From the NCBI GenBank assembly GCA_050084985.1, contig JBITNC010000001.1, positions 135,284,001 to 135,348,000 of the forward strand: DNA of 64,000 nt, given 5' to 3'. The translations under genes and the position numbers were made by a program. Positions within the stretch are counted from its first letter, which is position 1. Each line of letters starts with the position of its first letter. Below, piece after piece: positions 26,341 through 39,884 of the stretch. The stretch comes from Nageia nagi. Its lineage: Eukaryota > Plantae > Pinophyta. A model generated the notes under the pieces. The model was not told the DNA's origin and ran no database searches. It worked only from the letters and a program-made list of their open reading frames with translations.

Positions 26341-29300
26341 AGTCTCTACTTGAAGATATGGTGGTCTAGTATTGCGAATTTAGTCTCATAATGGACTTGA
26401 ATAGTTTGTCATGATTTTGGAATCACAAGGAGATAGTTTGTCATGATTTTGTTCATTGTGGTGTTCTTAGCTCTATGGTTAGATGTCCTCCCCTTGGAGA
26501 TATTTTTAGCTCCTTGAGATCACATTATTGGTTTGTTTGATTATTCTAAAAATATTGGTATTTATCTCATAATGTTGTATCTCATAAGTCACCTCTATCT
26601 TGGAATATTGTTCAGGTGAGTTATTTTACCCTAATTTTAGTATTTTAATAATTTTCATCTTTTTATATTGTATAATTAATTTGGTATTTATTTGAGTAAT
26701 TTTAATATTTTGCATAACTTAGGACATTAGTTTTTTTTATTTTTATAATTTATTTAAGTTTGAAATAATAAGATTAAATTAGAATTTGCATATTTTGTTG
26801 TAAATATTACTTGCCCTAGTTTGGAATATTATAGTAGTATCAAACTTTTGATCTTGTTAGCCTATTGGGGAAGTGGAAAAATTGATCATTCAACCCTATG
26901 GGTTGATCATCACATGTTTCAATGGTCAAATATTTATTGAGGTTGTTCACCAAGCTTGGTAGGAGTTATTCCAAGATTAGGGTCATCGTATGTGCCATAG
27001 AACTAGCCATAATAATCCTGAGAAGTGATGTCTAGCCATGAAAGAAATCATTTAGAATTTGACTTAATATTTTTACATTATTTCTTAATTTTTAGAAATT
27101 ATTTCAAGTTATGAGTCATAGGGCAATTTCATCTTATTTATATATAATTTTTTGCTACACCCTCAACATTTAGATAGTTGAGGATTGGTCACCTAATTTT
27201 TGGAGACCTATTTTTTGAATTTAGTGGTATTTTTGAAGATATATATTTTAGTGGTATAAACCTACATTTCTAATGGTATCAACATTGGAGGATTGAGCAT
27301 TCAAGTTTGGAACCCTATATATATAATATCACGCACTTAGAAAGCCTAACTCTCCACTTGAAGATTAATTTTAGCACTTGAAAAGTTGGAAACCTATATT
27401 GAAGGAGATCATCTAACCTAGGATACCATTGATGGCTCATTTGAAGTGGTTCTCATCAAGTAATAAAACTTTTAGCATATGATTTAAATATTTGAAAAGA
27501 GACATCAAGTTTGTAACCACACACACATACTTAAAAATCAAATTTTATGAATCATGATATTTAGCAAGTATGCCAAAGGAGAAACATGGTAAATAGGGGA
27601 CAACAGAAGTTGAATGTCTTGATGGAAATAATAAAATTTTTGATAAGGGGTTGCAACAAAGAGATCCTACTCTTCATAGTGCAATATTAGTCCAATACTC
27701 CCATATTTCGTTACCATGATCTTGTAGACATATGTTCACTCAAACAGAAGCACCTAATACTATAGATATTGATGAATTATTCTAGCTGTATTTGAAAAAG
27801 GATGAAGAGTTCAAAGGAATGGTAAATTTTTAGACATTTATGGAGATTAGTAAGAAAGACCAACACACATCTATATCATACGATAAAAGGGCATTAAAAT
27901 AAAAAATACAAATGACTATGTTTGATAGAGGATAAAAGATATTACTTAGGGATTCATTACAAAACCTCCAAATATATTTCTTGCTCAACCCCATGGATGA
28001 GGATAAAGCCATGTAGTTTGATTATCTTTATTTAGAAGGATCCACATACAATTGGTGATATATTTACCTTAATACTAGGGACCATGGTGAGATTCACATG
28101 TTTAATGAGTTTAGTAGAAGAGTTTTACATCAATTTGAATAAAACAATGAAGAAGAGTTCTTCATAGAATTTTGGCTACCTTAAAGCAAACTACTATAGT
28201 CAATGCTTACATCAAAAAATTCCAAAAAATTGTGGTCATGGTTCCTCACATTTCACAAAAGCAATGTGTATTTCTCTTCATAAATGACTTGCTTGATCCT
28301 ATGATAGGATTTTTGAATCCTTTGAGCCACCTTCAATCTAAGTTGCTACTAGAAGATAACTTTTATTGGAAGATTTTAAACCCTCTAAGTCTCCTACACT
28401 TAATGCTTTGGGATAAACATCATGGAGAGGATAAGGGAAGGAAAAGGCAATGTTCCAACCATAAAAGTTTTTACATCAACATCATTAATCAAGAAAATAG
28501 ACTATGCAATACATAATGAGTTAACAAAGGAAAAAAATATGTTTTGATTACAAAACCCCTTAGGATTCGGGTAATCATTGTTAAGGAAAAGCATAACACT
28601 ATTACATAGATGTTATTGAGTAATATTTGGGTGATGAGAAAGGTGACATAAAAATAGATTATCCACAACATGATGTTATAGGTATCGAAGGAAAAATTAC
28701 CACATCAAAAGGTACATCACCATACCTTATTGTAAAGGTGGAAGGAGAAATAGATAAAGATATGGTAATGATACTAATCAATGGTGGATCAACTTTTAAC
28801 TTTTTTGATGAACCACTCATTGAAAAGAACAATCTTAAAGCTACACAATTTGGAGGATTTAGTGTGGCCACCAGAAAAAGATAGATTTCCCTATGTAATA
28901 AGATAATTGAAAAGTTAAGAGCAAATTTGGTGAGTTATTGTAGATGACTAAAAATGAATTGTTATTTATTAAATAATTCATTTTAGAGCCTCAATTATGT
29001 ATTATGTAAAAAAGGGTCAAAAATACCCAAAGCTATGTAATCCATGTAATGGACCATTATATCATGACCTAGGGGTCAAATCTTATAATAGAAGTGTTGT
29101 TATATAAAGATATCATGAGAAACTAAAAAAGAGGGGGATCATCTCGAAAGAGGATGAAGGAGGAGGAGATTCTATCAATTGAAAATTAGATAGAAGACCA
29201 TTATCAAGGCTATGGATATTACAGAAGCCATGATAAGGCCAAATACAAATAAAGAAAGAATGAAGAGTAGGAGCTAAGGGATACCTTTGCAAATATCATA

Positions 29301-32300
29301 TATGTTACAAGATAATATCATTTTTTTATCATTATTGCATATTCTTTATATGATTATTTGTTATTTCAAGCATCTTTACATTTTTTATCGCACTTACAAT
29401 TTTGCTTATTCTACACCATCAGCGGTGTATGTCATTTAGGCTACTAATGGTGTGATAATGTATGAATACATGTTTATTCTTGATGTATGATGTTGTTAAT
29501 TAATTGAATATGTGATTGGGATAAAATGAACATGTATGCTCCTTTATATCATCATTATCATATTTAATATATATGTCGATAAAAATAAAGTAGACCAATA
29601 ATACATTAATTAACCCCCATTATCAATTATATGCATTATTTTAGGTCTACATTTTAGTGAACCCAATGTGCTTGCTCACCTAGGTCTATGTCTAGGGTAA
29701 TTTCTTTTAAGAAGTCATGAATCCATTTTTATTACTATTCATTCCTTTAGATGAGGCTCTTCAAATAGTAGCCAAAGAGAATGATAAAACTAGGGTTTGT
29801 TTTGCTTATATCCCAAAGATGAACCTTAATACAAAAAACCCTAAAGTGTCCAAATTAAAAGTATAATTTAGTGAGATTAGGAGTGTTCGATAAAATCCCA
29901 ACTTTTCTATCAAACTACCTCTTCTTGATGTTCATAGTGATAATGAATCCTTACACTCTACCAAGAAAATGGATATTATCGGTAAAACTCCTAAGAGATA
30001 TGTTACCATTGACTCTTCCAAATTTGAGAATATGGAAACTTGTTTAGATTCTTTTGACAGTGAGAATGTTTTGGAATTGAATAGAATCCCTTGTTATGTT
30101 AGGTCTACTCAAGAAGTGTTATCTAATATATAAAAACTTGAATATTATCTTAAAAATAATGCTCCTATTGTGATTAATATTTTGACTAATTATGAATTAA
30201 TCAAAGAACGTTACGTCATTGCAGAGTGAGAAGATAGCCTATTTTCTTATAAAATTATAGGAACATCAAAATGGAAAGTGTCTAATTATAAAAAGGACAA
30301 TACTAGTGGCATGCCAAATTGTGACCATGACATTAGTAACATGAAAATAATTGAGATAAACCCTATCTTGGAGGCCAATGCAAAGGGTGAGAAACCACTA
30401 TAAGAGAATATCAATGAAGAATATACTTGAAAATATGATGTACAAGATGAAGATGATGAAGATAACAACTACCTCATCCTCAAGACTAATCACTTTAAAA
30501 AAGGTACAAATTCTAAAGATAAGAATATTATAAAAGAAGAAGATCTTGAAACTCTTATCAACCAATAGCTTGATCAAATGATTAATGAAGCTTACAAGTT
30601 ATAACCCAATTGGACATTAGAAGAACATCACATCAAAACTTGTATCCTTATTGAAGTTCAAGATACTACTAGTTGGTACAAAGAACCTTCATAAAAAGAA
30701 TTAGAAATACTAGCTAAAACACTAGATAAATTAGAGCATGAGAGGGTTAACCACTAACATCCATTTATTGCTTTAAAAGAGGATGAAATTAAAAATACAC
30801 AAGATCTGCATCAAACTAATCCACCTCATAGCCCACCTCATAGTCTAGTTCAAACCCCATCACCATCATCAAAAATTAACTCAACAAATATTAGCAATTT
30901 AGCACTTCAAAATACCTTGGTTGATGAAAATGATTTCTTGTCATGTCTTGAGAGGATTCTAATTGATATAATTCTTACTAAGATCCTTATAAAAAAAAAA
31001 AGAGTATCAAATTTACTAATTTTGATGGTATGCAAGATCCTAAGATGCATGTTAGGAAGTTCCAAGAAGAAGCTATTGAATATATGCATGATAGAGACTT
31101 GTTAGCTAAATTATTTTCCCATAGTTTGAAAGAGGATACACTAATATTGTATTTTTAGCTTCCTAAAAAATTGATAGGTATGAAGATTTAATTCATTTAT
31201 TCCTGCAAAACTTTAGGTATAATATTGCTAAGAAAGTCTATTTTAAGGATTTGTTAAAAACTAAGAAATTGCCTAATCAAATTGTCAAGGACTTTGTAAA
31301 AATGGAAACAAATGGCTACTAGAATAACTATTCCTAAAAAAGATCTAAAATATGCTTTTGCAAATTATCTCTTTGCTATATATAAACTATTCATCATCTC
31401 TAACCTTGATATGTAACTAGGAGACATGATAGATATAGTTATCAAGAAAGAGCCATGAATTCAAAAAATGTATACTATGAAAAATAATGATAACAATCAT
31501 CATCAAAAATTAATCCTGAAAAGTATCAATGGGTATGAAGCAAACTATATTACTTATAAATGCAAAACTAGCCCTAAACCTAGGTGATAGTTTACTCGTT
31601 TGACCAATACTATTGATAATATTCTTAATATTTGTTGGATGAAGAGCTTATTGAGTTGCTTCTTATTATTGAGCCCAAGTTCCCTAATGGTTTCCCTAAG
31701 CATTTTCACTATGAATAATTTTGTAATTATTATAGGGTACCAAGAAATCTAACACATAATTATAAGTCTCTTAAGCATATTATATAGCATTTTATCGATA
31801 AAGGAGCTATCAAGATGGATGCTAAACCAACTGAGTAAGTGAGACCTATACATACTGATAACAAGCAACTAGGGGTGTTCACTAATCCTTTACCTTTTTC
31901 ACAACTAAGAGGTTGTATTGGTACAATGAGTGTTTCTAATGAATTATGTTATTATTTTGCTAACAATCATAGATATAAGCATGATCCTCAAAATAGGATT
32001 AAAAATGGGATCAAAATGAATGCCTTTAGTGTTGTCCAAAAATGTTTGCATGATGCCAATAGTATGGAAATTGCTAAACCAAAGGTGCCTCTTTTTGTCT
32101 CTGCCTCTATGAAGTGTATTTGGGTAGAAAAATCTCCTAGGTGTGCAAACTAATTGCTTAAGTTTCCTCATCTTTGCAGATAGTGTACATTAGTTAGGTA
32201 GGGTCTTTTTCATATTTTCATGCATCTTAAGTAATTGTTTGCATATGTATAGTGCATTTTTTGTTCTATTTTTGTATGTTATTATATTTTTCTTTCACTC

Positions 32301-32865
32301 CCTAACCTAAGTAAATTCTAAATATGCTATTAATGATGTACAAGGCTTGTTTCACTCCACTAGTGGCATGCATTTCACAAGATAAAATCTTCAAGGATAG
32401 TATTTATAGCTTATTGAAATATTTTTAAGTATAATGGACTAGTATTAGATGGGATTACATGTCATCTCCTAGAAAAAACTCACCCTTCTTCATTCAGATC
32501 CATTTGGTACTTTGGAACATGATTTGATTAGGTTAGATTGATTGGTATCACTATTAGTTATATTGCATGTATGTTTCATTATGATTCCTTGTTTCATTTT
32601 CATGCATTAATCATGAATTTTAAGTTCATTTTTTATTGTTATATATTTTAGGCTAAAATTCATTATTAGGTTCATATATTACATTGTAAACACATGGTGT
32701 TAAGCAATTAGCAATATAAAGTTACAAACATTCACAAAAAGCAACAAAATAGAAAATAATGCATTAGAACAAGTATTTGAGTTTAAAAAAAAAAACAAAT
32801 CCTATATATATATCTATCAAAAAATAGTGCATAATATATAATGAACCTCAGCCTTAGAATCATGC

Positions 32866-34832
32866 TAGGGGTGAGTACTACTACCACTACTAGCCGAATC
32901 GATCCTAGATCTAACCTTGCAGTTGCTACTACCATTGGCCCTTATGGCTGATGTATCTCTAGAGAGCTTACTCACTATCACTCCATGGATCTCAAGAAAG
33001 ATCTTCACATGATCATACTTGACCTTCAAGGCCATTATCTCCCTCTCTTTGTACTCAATCTTGTCAATTTGGCACTAAATGAAGGCCCACTATTGGTCAG
33101 GAGGAGGCATGCTCAAATGCTCTTGGAAACTCTTCATGGACTACTCTAATGTTGCTATATGGATATCCTTTGCTAAAAGGGTATCCTATAGCATGGTGAG
33201 CTAAGCCTCCATGGGCCATAATATAGCAACCTCTACCTCTAAAGAAGTAATGCTAGCATCTGTAACTCCTATTGCATAAACAAAATGTGATTATTCACTT
33301 TATAGTTATAAATAAAACATGAAATTTAATAAAATTACAAAGTTAAGTTAGCATTCTACCTAGTGTTGGGACAACTATGGTAATAATGTACAAATCACCT
33401 GTTCCCTCATCCTCTTGAAGAGGTACATCATGGATTAGATTATTTATATGGTAAGGGTTATCTTCCTTTGATCTCTCACTAGAAGTTGCCTCATCACTAT
33501 TGTCATCCTCACACATGCCTATATCACCTAGGCGCACTCCTACCCACCATGCAACATAACAAGGGGTAATTATGAGAGCTAGAGAAACATGTGTAGTTGC
33601 ATCCATAACCCATGGCTCCTCCCAAGTAGCCCTCCATGTAGGTATCATCTATGATCTTGTAGGCAAGTCTCTCTCTACTAGATACCACCAATACATTATG
33701 GGCACTGGTGGGATATCTTGCTATATGTTGAACTATAAAAAAATATGCCTAGGGTGGTATGGCTTAATGATCTTTCTTTGTATCTAGAGAAAGAAATACT
33801 GACATACCCATGCAAGTTGATGCACATTCAAATACCAAATAATGTCCTGAAAGTAGACCCAAATAAGGTCCTCATCCTACAACCTATCAAGCTCTCTCCT
33901 TCGGGCCTCTAAGGAGTGTGAATATCTATATCCACTACCATAGAAATTCCAACGCACAAGAGCTATATCACTCAGGTCCTCTTGAGATCTTTGTAAACCC
34001 ATGGGATACATAATAGTTATATGTTTATTGGTCCAAATCTACAACAAACTTGTTTATATAATTGTGATGTTGATATTATCAATAATTATGAAGTTGTATA
34101 TATATTTATACAACTAGGCTAGAACTACTAGATTCATACTAGGCCAAGTGGAAAAGCCAAACTACTCTTTTCCAAACATAGGTACGTAGCTATAATAGCT
34201 ATAATATACAACCAAAGATGGCATCATGTTAATGTAAACTGATATACCTTTACAAGAAGGGTATCCTAATGCTCCCACATGGTCTACCTCCTTGATAAGC
34301 CATAGAGCCCTTTGCTTATGGATATTATTTTCTTCAAGCTCCCATTATTGAACAAAACTTCCCCTGATGGGGATACCCTAAATGTAGTACACATCAAGTA
34401 AGGTGATTGACATTTCACCAGGGGGCAAGTGAAATGTGCAGCAATCAGGGTCCAAACGCTTTATAAAAATTGTTAGAAGAGGTAAATCCTAGTAGATATT
34501 TCTAGCAATCATTAAATCTATAAGACCACATATTTCTAAGATGTCATCTATATGTGCATTCCTCGACCATGTTCATATTTTCTCAAGCACATTAGTAGTC
34601 ATAGGTCCTTATGTCATAAGGACCTTGCTCTCATGTAAGGCAAAAATATAAAAAAAGATAAGCCTAGGTGGAAAAATAAATGTCTAAAATTGGAAATAAT
34701 AAGTAAACTAAAATTGCATAATAAAAAATAACTCATCATATGGTCATATGGGAGAGAGTGTAGTAATTCAGCAATGTGACCATATCTATTGCTAATTGGG
34801 TGGTTAATTATCCTCTAATCATCATTTGCCAT
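32866..34832 (-). pseudogene. Plant Mobile Domain (PMD, MAIN/MAIL-like) pseudogene, antisense inside the retrotransposon
   Basis: DLPLLTIFIKRLDPDCCTFHLPPGEMSITLLDVYYI*GIPIRG at about 34360-34490 matches the PMD signature; downstream VVLA*LY, LL*IWTNKH, RESLDRL*DEDLIW. GT-AG intron 33269-33398 and a probable intron about 34640-34735. Confidence 0.88.
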
Positions 34833-36288
34833 GGGTATAATTAGTCAAATTGATAAGTAGTAATATCCCTAAGGTCAAACAAAAGCTAGTACTCCAATCC
34901 ACACAAAAAATTGGTAGGAAAATGAAACTATGGTAGCACTTTGTCACATGAGGGGAGGCTAGAAAACTAGAGCATTGAATCAGGAAAGTGAAAAAGTTAA
35001 AATGACTTTTTATTTTGTAAATTTGCTTATATAGGTTGAAGTTTGACCTAGAAAATAGGTCATCACTCTTTTTCATCCTAAGGTATGTAGAATCATTATT
35101 TTGTATGCCCAAAATACTCTAAAATATTTTTAAGTGCCTAATGTCATTTTTGGAAACATGAAACAAGGATTTTCATGCCACTAGTGGCATCCATTTTCAT
35201 GAGATATGCATGAAACTAAGGGGAAATAGCTCAAAATAATACATATAATTAATTAAAATGCTTACCACTCATCTTGGGTTCAAAGCATAGCATTTGCATT
35301 TTTAAATAATATTTGTATTAAATCTATGCCGCTAGTGATGTGAAAATGGAGAAATTAGGTAAAATTTAAAAGGCACTTCTTCAATTCCACTTATTTACAA
35401 ATTTTTATAATGATGAATGACACTTGAATATCATTGTATGACATGTAATTATGTTATGAATATTTGGCCTTATTGGTATGGTACATTAAAATTTTATCTT
35501 CCAAAATCTTGCTTGTTGATGAGTGTAGATATATGCAAGAATCATGCCTCATTGATAATTGAGGGTGCCATTTTATTTGGGTGTTTGTTCATCATTTTTG
35601 ATGCTACTAATAGCTTGGAAAAAGATAAATTGGGCACACTTTCAAATAATTTCTTGCCTTATATTTTTCTCATGATTCTATGCAATTATTACATGAATAT
35701 CATGCACACTAGAATGATGGATTTCAAATGTTTGCAAATGTTGCTATCTTGAACATGTTTCAAAAATTGGTAGAACAAATTCTAAATATCACCCTACCAT
35801 TGTAAGACATTGAAATGATACAAAAGCATAGTTGATATAGGCTATCAAATATCCTACACACAAAATGGACAATTCTATGCTGCCAATGGACTAAAATTGC
35901 TACAAATCTCTCAAGTTGGGGCATGTTAATATTTCATTATATTTTGATGTTATTTACTAATCTCTTGGTGGAAATGACATATTTTTAGGATAATGATCAC
36001 TTTTGTTAAAGATATGATCAACAAATTTGGCACATGAAGTTCCAAGACTACTAAATGGTTGAAACTCAAGTATTTTCTCATAATTTTCATTCTATGATTT
36101 ATTGATGATCATATGAATGATAGATTTGAAGAATAGTTCCTTGAAAACTAATGATCATTTTTATTAGCCATGGTCCTCCATGAGTAAATATTGCATCTAT
36201 TATAGGACATCACTAGTATGGGTCACTCAAAAACCATGACAATATCATATTTACTTCATCCTTGCTACATAATATAATGTCTTTAGGT

Positions 36289-36830
36289 CATAGACATTAA
36301 ATTGTATGACCACCAATGAACAATGACAAAACTAGTGAGAGTTCACTCACTTAAAAGTAAACTGACAAGAGTAAGGTGTTGATATTGGATCATCTCCAAT
36401 GGATGATGCAACTTGTTGTATATCCACATGATTTTTTCTTTGAACCAATCCAAAGCATTATGTATTCATATCATATATATAAAATGTATGATCACTAATG
36501 GCCAATGACATGACCAGTGAGAGTACACTCACTTAAAAGTAAATTGATGATGTAGCCATGAGTAAGATGTTGACATTGGATCATCTCTAGTGTATGATGC
36601 TACTTGCTATGTATCCACATGGTTTTTGCTTTGAACCCATACAAAGCATAAAATATTCATATTATAGACATAAAACATATGATTATTGATGGCCAATGAC
36701 ATGGCTAGTGAGAATTAATTCATTTAAAAGATAAATAGGTAATACAATCATTAATAGATTGTTGACATTGAATCATCATCAATGAATAATGTAACTCACT
36801 ATGCATCCACCCCATTTTTGTGATTGACAT
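36289..36830. repeat. About 185-bp tandem repeat x3 in the retrotransposon 3' region
   Basis: Recurrent caatgaca....agtgaga.t...ctcacttaaaagtaaa...gttga.attggatcatctc...tatccac blocks. Confidence 0.85.
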
Positions 36831-38842
36831 TTCATTGGAATTTTCTACATCCTAAAGAGAAAAAGAAAACACAAAGATTACCATGCCATTAACGGCATGC
36901 ACACTATTTCTTATGCTATTAGCAATTTCTATTTCATCAATATTTCATCACATTAAAAGCAAATCCTCTCTATTTCAAATCATGGATGTAAGTGCTAATG
37001 GATATTGAGTATTAGACATGATGAAATATCCAAATTTGTATTTAGAATAGTACAAGGGGTAATATCACATCTCCCATATCCAAAATTGGATATAGAATCA
37101 TCTAGCTACATCATCATAGTTATTCCCATCATTTACACAACATCATTCCTGGAGAGAGTCTCTTCATCAAATTTTTGACTTGGTTGCACAATTCAAGTAT
37201 TTTTCTTGGGGCATCCAATTCAAAAGGGGTTAGCAAGGAACCCTCATCATCATCATCACCAATAAGGTATAATACAACAAAGAGTTCAAAGTTCTCAAAA
37301 ATATTTCTTCTACACTTCTTCTTTGGACATGTACTTTTATTACTTTAATCATACCTTCAAGGAGGGGTAAAATGTACATGGTTAAAAATGAATTATTATT
37401 TATTAAATAATTCATTTTATATCTTTAATGATGTATTATGTAAAAAGGGATTAAAAATACCCAAAGCTATGCAATCCATGTAATGGACCATTATATCATA
37501 ACCTAAGGGTCAAATCTTGTAATAGAAGTGTTGCTATATAATGACATCAAAGGAAACCAAAAAATAGGGGATCATCTTGAAAGAGGAAGAAGGAAAATGA
37601 GATTCTATCAATTGAAAATCAAATAGAAGATAATTATCAAGGTTACATGATATTACAAAAGCTATGACAAGGCCAAAGACAAATAAAGAAAGAATAAAGA
37701 GTAGTACCTAAGAGAGACCCTTGTGAATATCATATCTATAACATGAGAACATCATTTCTTATCATTATTGCATATTCATTATATAATTATTTGTCCTTTC
37801 AAGCATCTTTACATTTATTATCACACTTACAATTTTGCTTATTCTACATCATCAATGGTGTGTCTCATTTAGGCTACTAACAACATGCTTATATATGAAT
37901 GCATGTTTGTTCTTGATGTATGGTGTCATTAATTATTTGAATATGTGATTCAGATAAAATGAACATGTATGCTCCTTTTAATCATCATTATCATATTTTA
38001 GATATGTGTCAATAAAAATAAAGTAGACTAATAATGCATTAATTAACCCCTATTAACAATTATATGCATTATTTTAGGTTTGTAGTTATACAGTTATTAG
38101 TGATTTTTGTATCTTCACATTAGGAGGATTTCCACATATCGTGCTTGGGATATAATGGTTGTACTCACTAGGGAAAATCACTTCCAACTATAGAACCTTA
38201 GAAATGAATTTCAAATTCCATAGATGTGATATGCTCTTGAAATACATAAAGGAGAATACACCCCAAAGTACCATGGTTTAAATAATGGAAGGAAATTTAT
38301 ATATATGATGGAAAGTACCACTTAAAATTTAGAACAATATAATGAGAAAAAAAAGTAAAATTTAGAACAATCTAAGAAGAAAAAAAAACTTGGGGATATT
38401 TCTAGGACACTCTTTCATCCTTGGGTAACCTAAGAGATGCATCTTTAGTTTGGGATAACAATAGTGAGAAGTTTGAAAGCAAATGGATTCAACCTTTTAT
38501 ATAGAAATTAGTTTTGGGATAATAGTATAAGGATGTTTGGAGTATGGATTAAACCTTTGAAGATCTCTACAAGTATGGATAATTAGGTGCCATCTTTTCT
38601 AATTCACATAAGTTAGTAGATTTTATATATGCTCTAAGGAAAATGGTGAATATGATAAATCACACTTTGGCATACAAGAATCTTGAAGATTAATACTAGC
38701 CACAGTCTTAGAAAAGAAGATTCAAGTATTTCTCTCATTCCAACACCTAAAGATGAAGCTGAATGTGGAAAGGAGCAAGAGTTGGCTACTACACTTGTGC
38801 TTGTGAATTATTTAGGGATAAGCAATTTGAGAGGGGAATATT

Positions 38843-39884
38843 TGTAATATTCTAAAATTATACCATTCCATTTTTTAAGCCATTTTAAATGGGATGCTCA
38901 TCTTCATTATGAATTTTAGTACCTATAATGAATTTGGTATTTTTTAATAATAGTTTGCTATTGATGGAATACAATAAAATTTGAATTTGACCCTATTATA
39001 ATGTGTGCCTAGCTCTTGGATTCAAAATACATTAAATTCAACATCCCAAGGTTTGTGTGCCTCTTTTATGGGCATTATATTAATTTTTACTTAATTTAGG
39101 AGTTATTTATATTTTAATATTAGGCATACGCCATATTTGTAACTTGAGGATCTAATTTAATACATCAAGCATGGATACATAACTAGGAAGGGTAATTATA
39201 ATATTTAAGAGTTATTTTATATTTCTAGGTTGGGAATCCACAAATTTGAATAACACCTTGTACTGCATAAGTTATCTTCTCTCATAGAGATGAAACCCTT
39301 AATGAGAAATCCCTCTAGGTGGAATATTCCTTGGTGCCTTGTATATTCAAAAAATTAGCCTCAAAATCCTTGATGTAATTTGAGTGAATATATACTCTAG
39401 TCATTCAGCTTGGAAAGTGGATTTTGGATCTTGGCATCCAATCTTGGCCCTAGGAGTAAGATGTCTAGCATAAGGAGATAATTTGGTGTGATTTTGGAAT
39501 CTTCATTATAGTGTTCTTAGCTCCTTTGTGAGATGTTACCCTCTTGGAGATATTTTGAGCTCCTTGAAATCACATTCTTGGTTCATCTTATTATTTCAAA
39601 AATATTGGTATTTATCTCATAATTTTATGTCTCGTAAATCATCTCAAATTTGGAATATTATTTTCTTGAGTTATTTTATCCTATTTTCACTATTTTGAGA
39701 AATTTTTTTAATTCATCTTATTTTATGAGTAATTTAGCATTTATTTGAGTAATTTTAATATTCCACATAAGCTAGGGCATCATTTGGTCATTTTGAGAAT
39801 TTATCTCAATTTGGAGTAATAAGGTTATATTGGAATTTTTACATTGTGTTATGAATCTTTCATGCCCTAGTTTGGAATATTATA
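38843..39884 (+). repeat. 3' LTR of the host gypsy element
   Basis: Starts tgtaatattc after the PPT and ends gaatattata (inverted termini with CA>TA); distal part matches 26425-26833. Confidence 0.8.

Larger units (their letters stand above)
28939..38084 (+). mobile_element. Complete old non-autonomous Tat-like LTR retrotransposon (gag, no pol, antisense PMD gene)
   Basis: LTRs 28939-29651 and 37373-38084; TSD GTTAT (28934-38, 38085-89); decayed Trp PBS tagtgaacccaatgtg 29655-70; PPT aaggagggg 37359-67; gag remnant FDGMQDPKMHVRKFQEEA at about 31020; 9 mismatches in the first 60 LTR bases. Confidence 0.92.
26425..39884 (+). mobile_element. Decayed tRNA-iMet-primed gypsy (chromovirus-like) element, internally deleted; host of a nested insertion
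   Basis: Partial 5' LTR about 26425-26833 matches the end of the 3' LTR 38843-39884; decayed PBS gtagtatcaaac at 26834; gag remnants; protease ILINGGSTFNF at about 28770 resumes after 38090 (IVLGI*WL); PPT gagagggga at about 38829. No RT, RNase H or integrase core seen. Confidence 0.8.
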
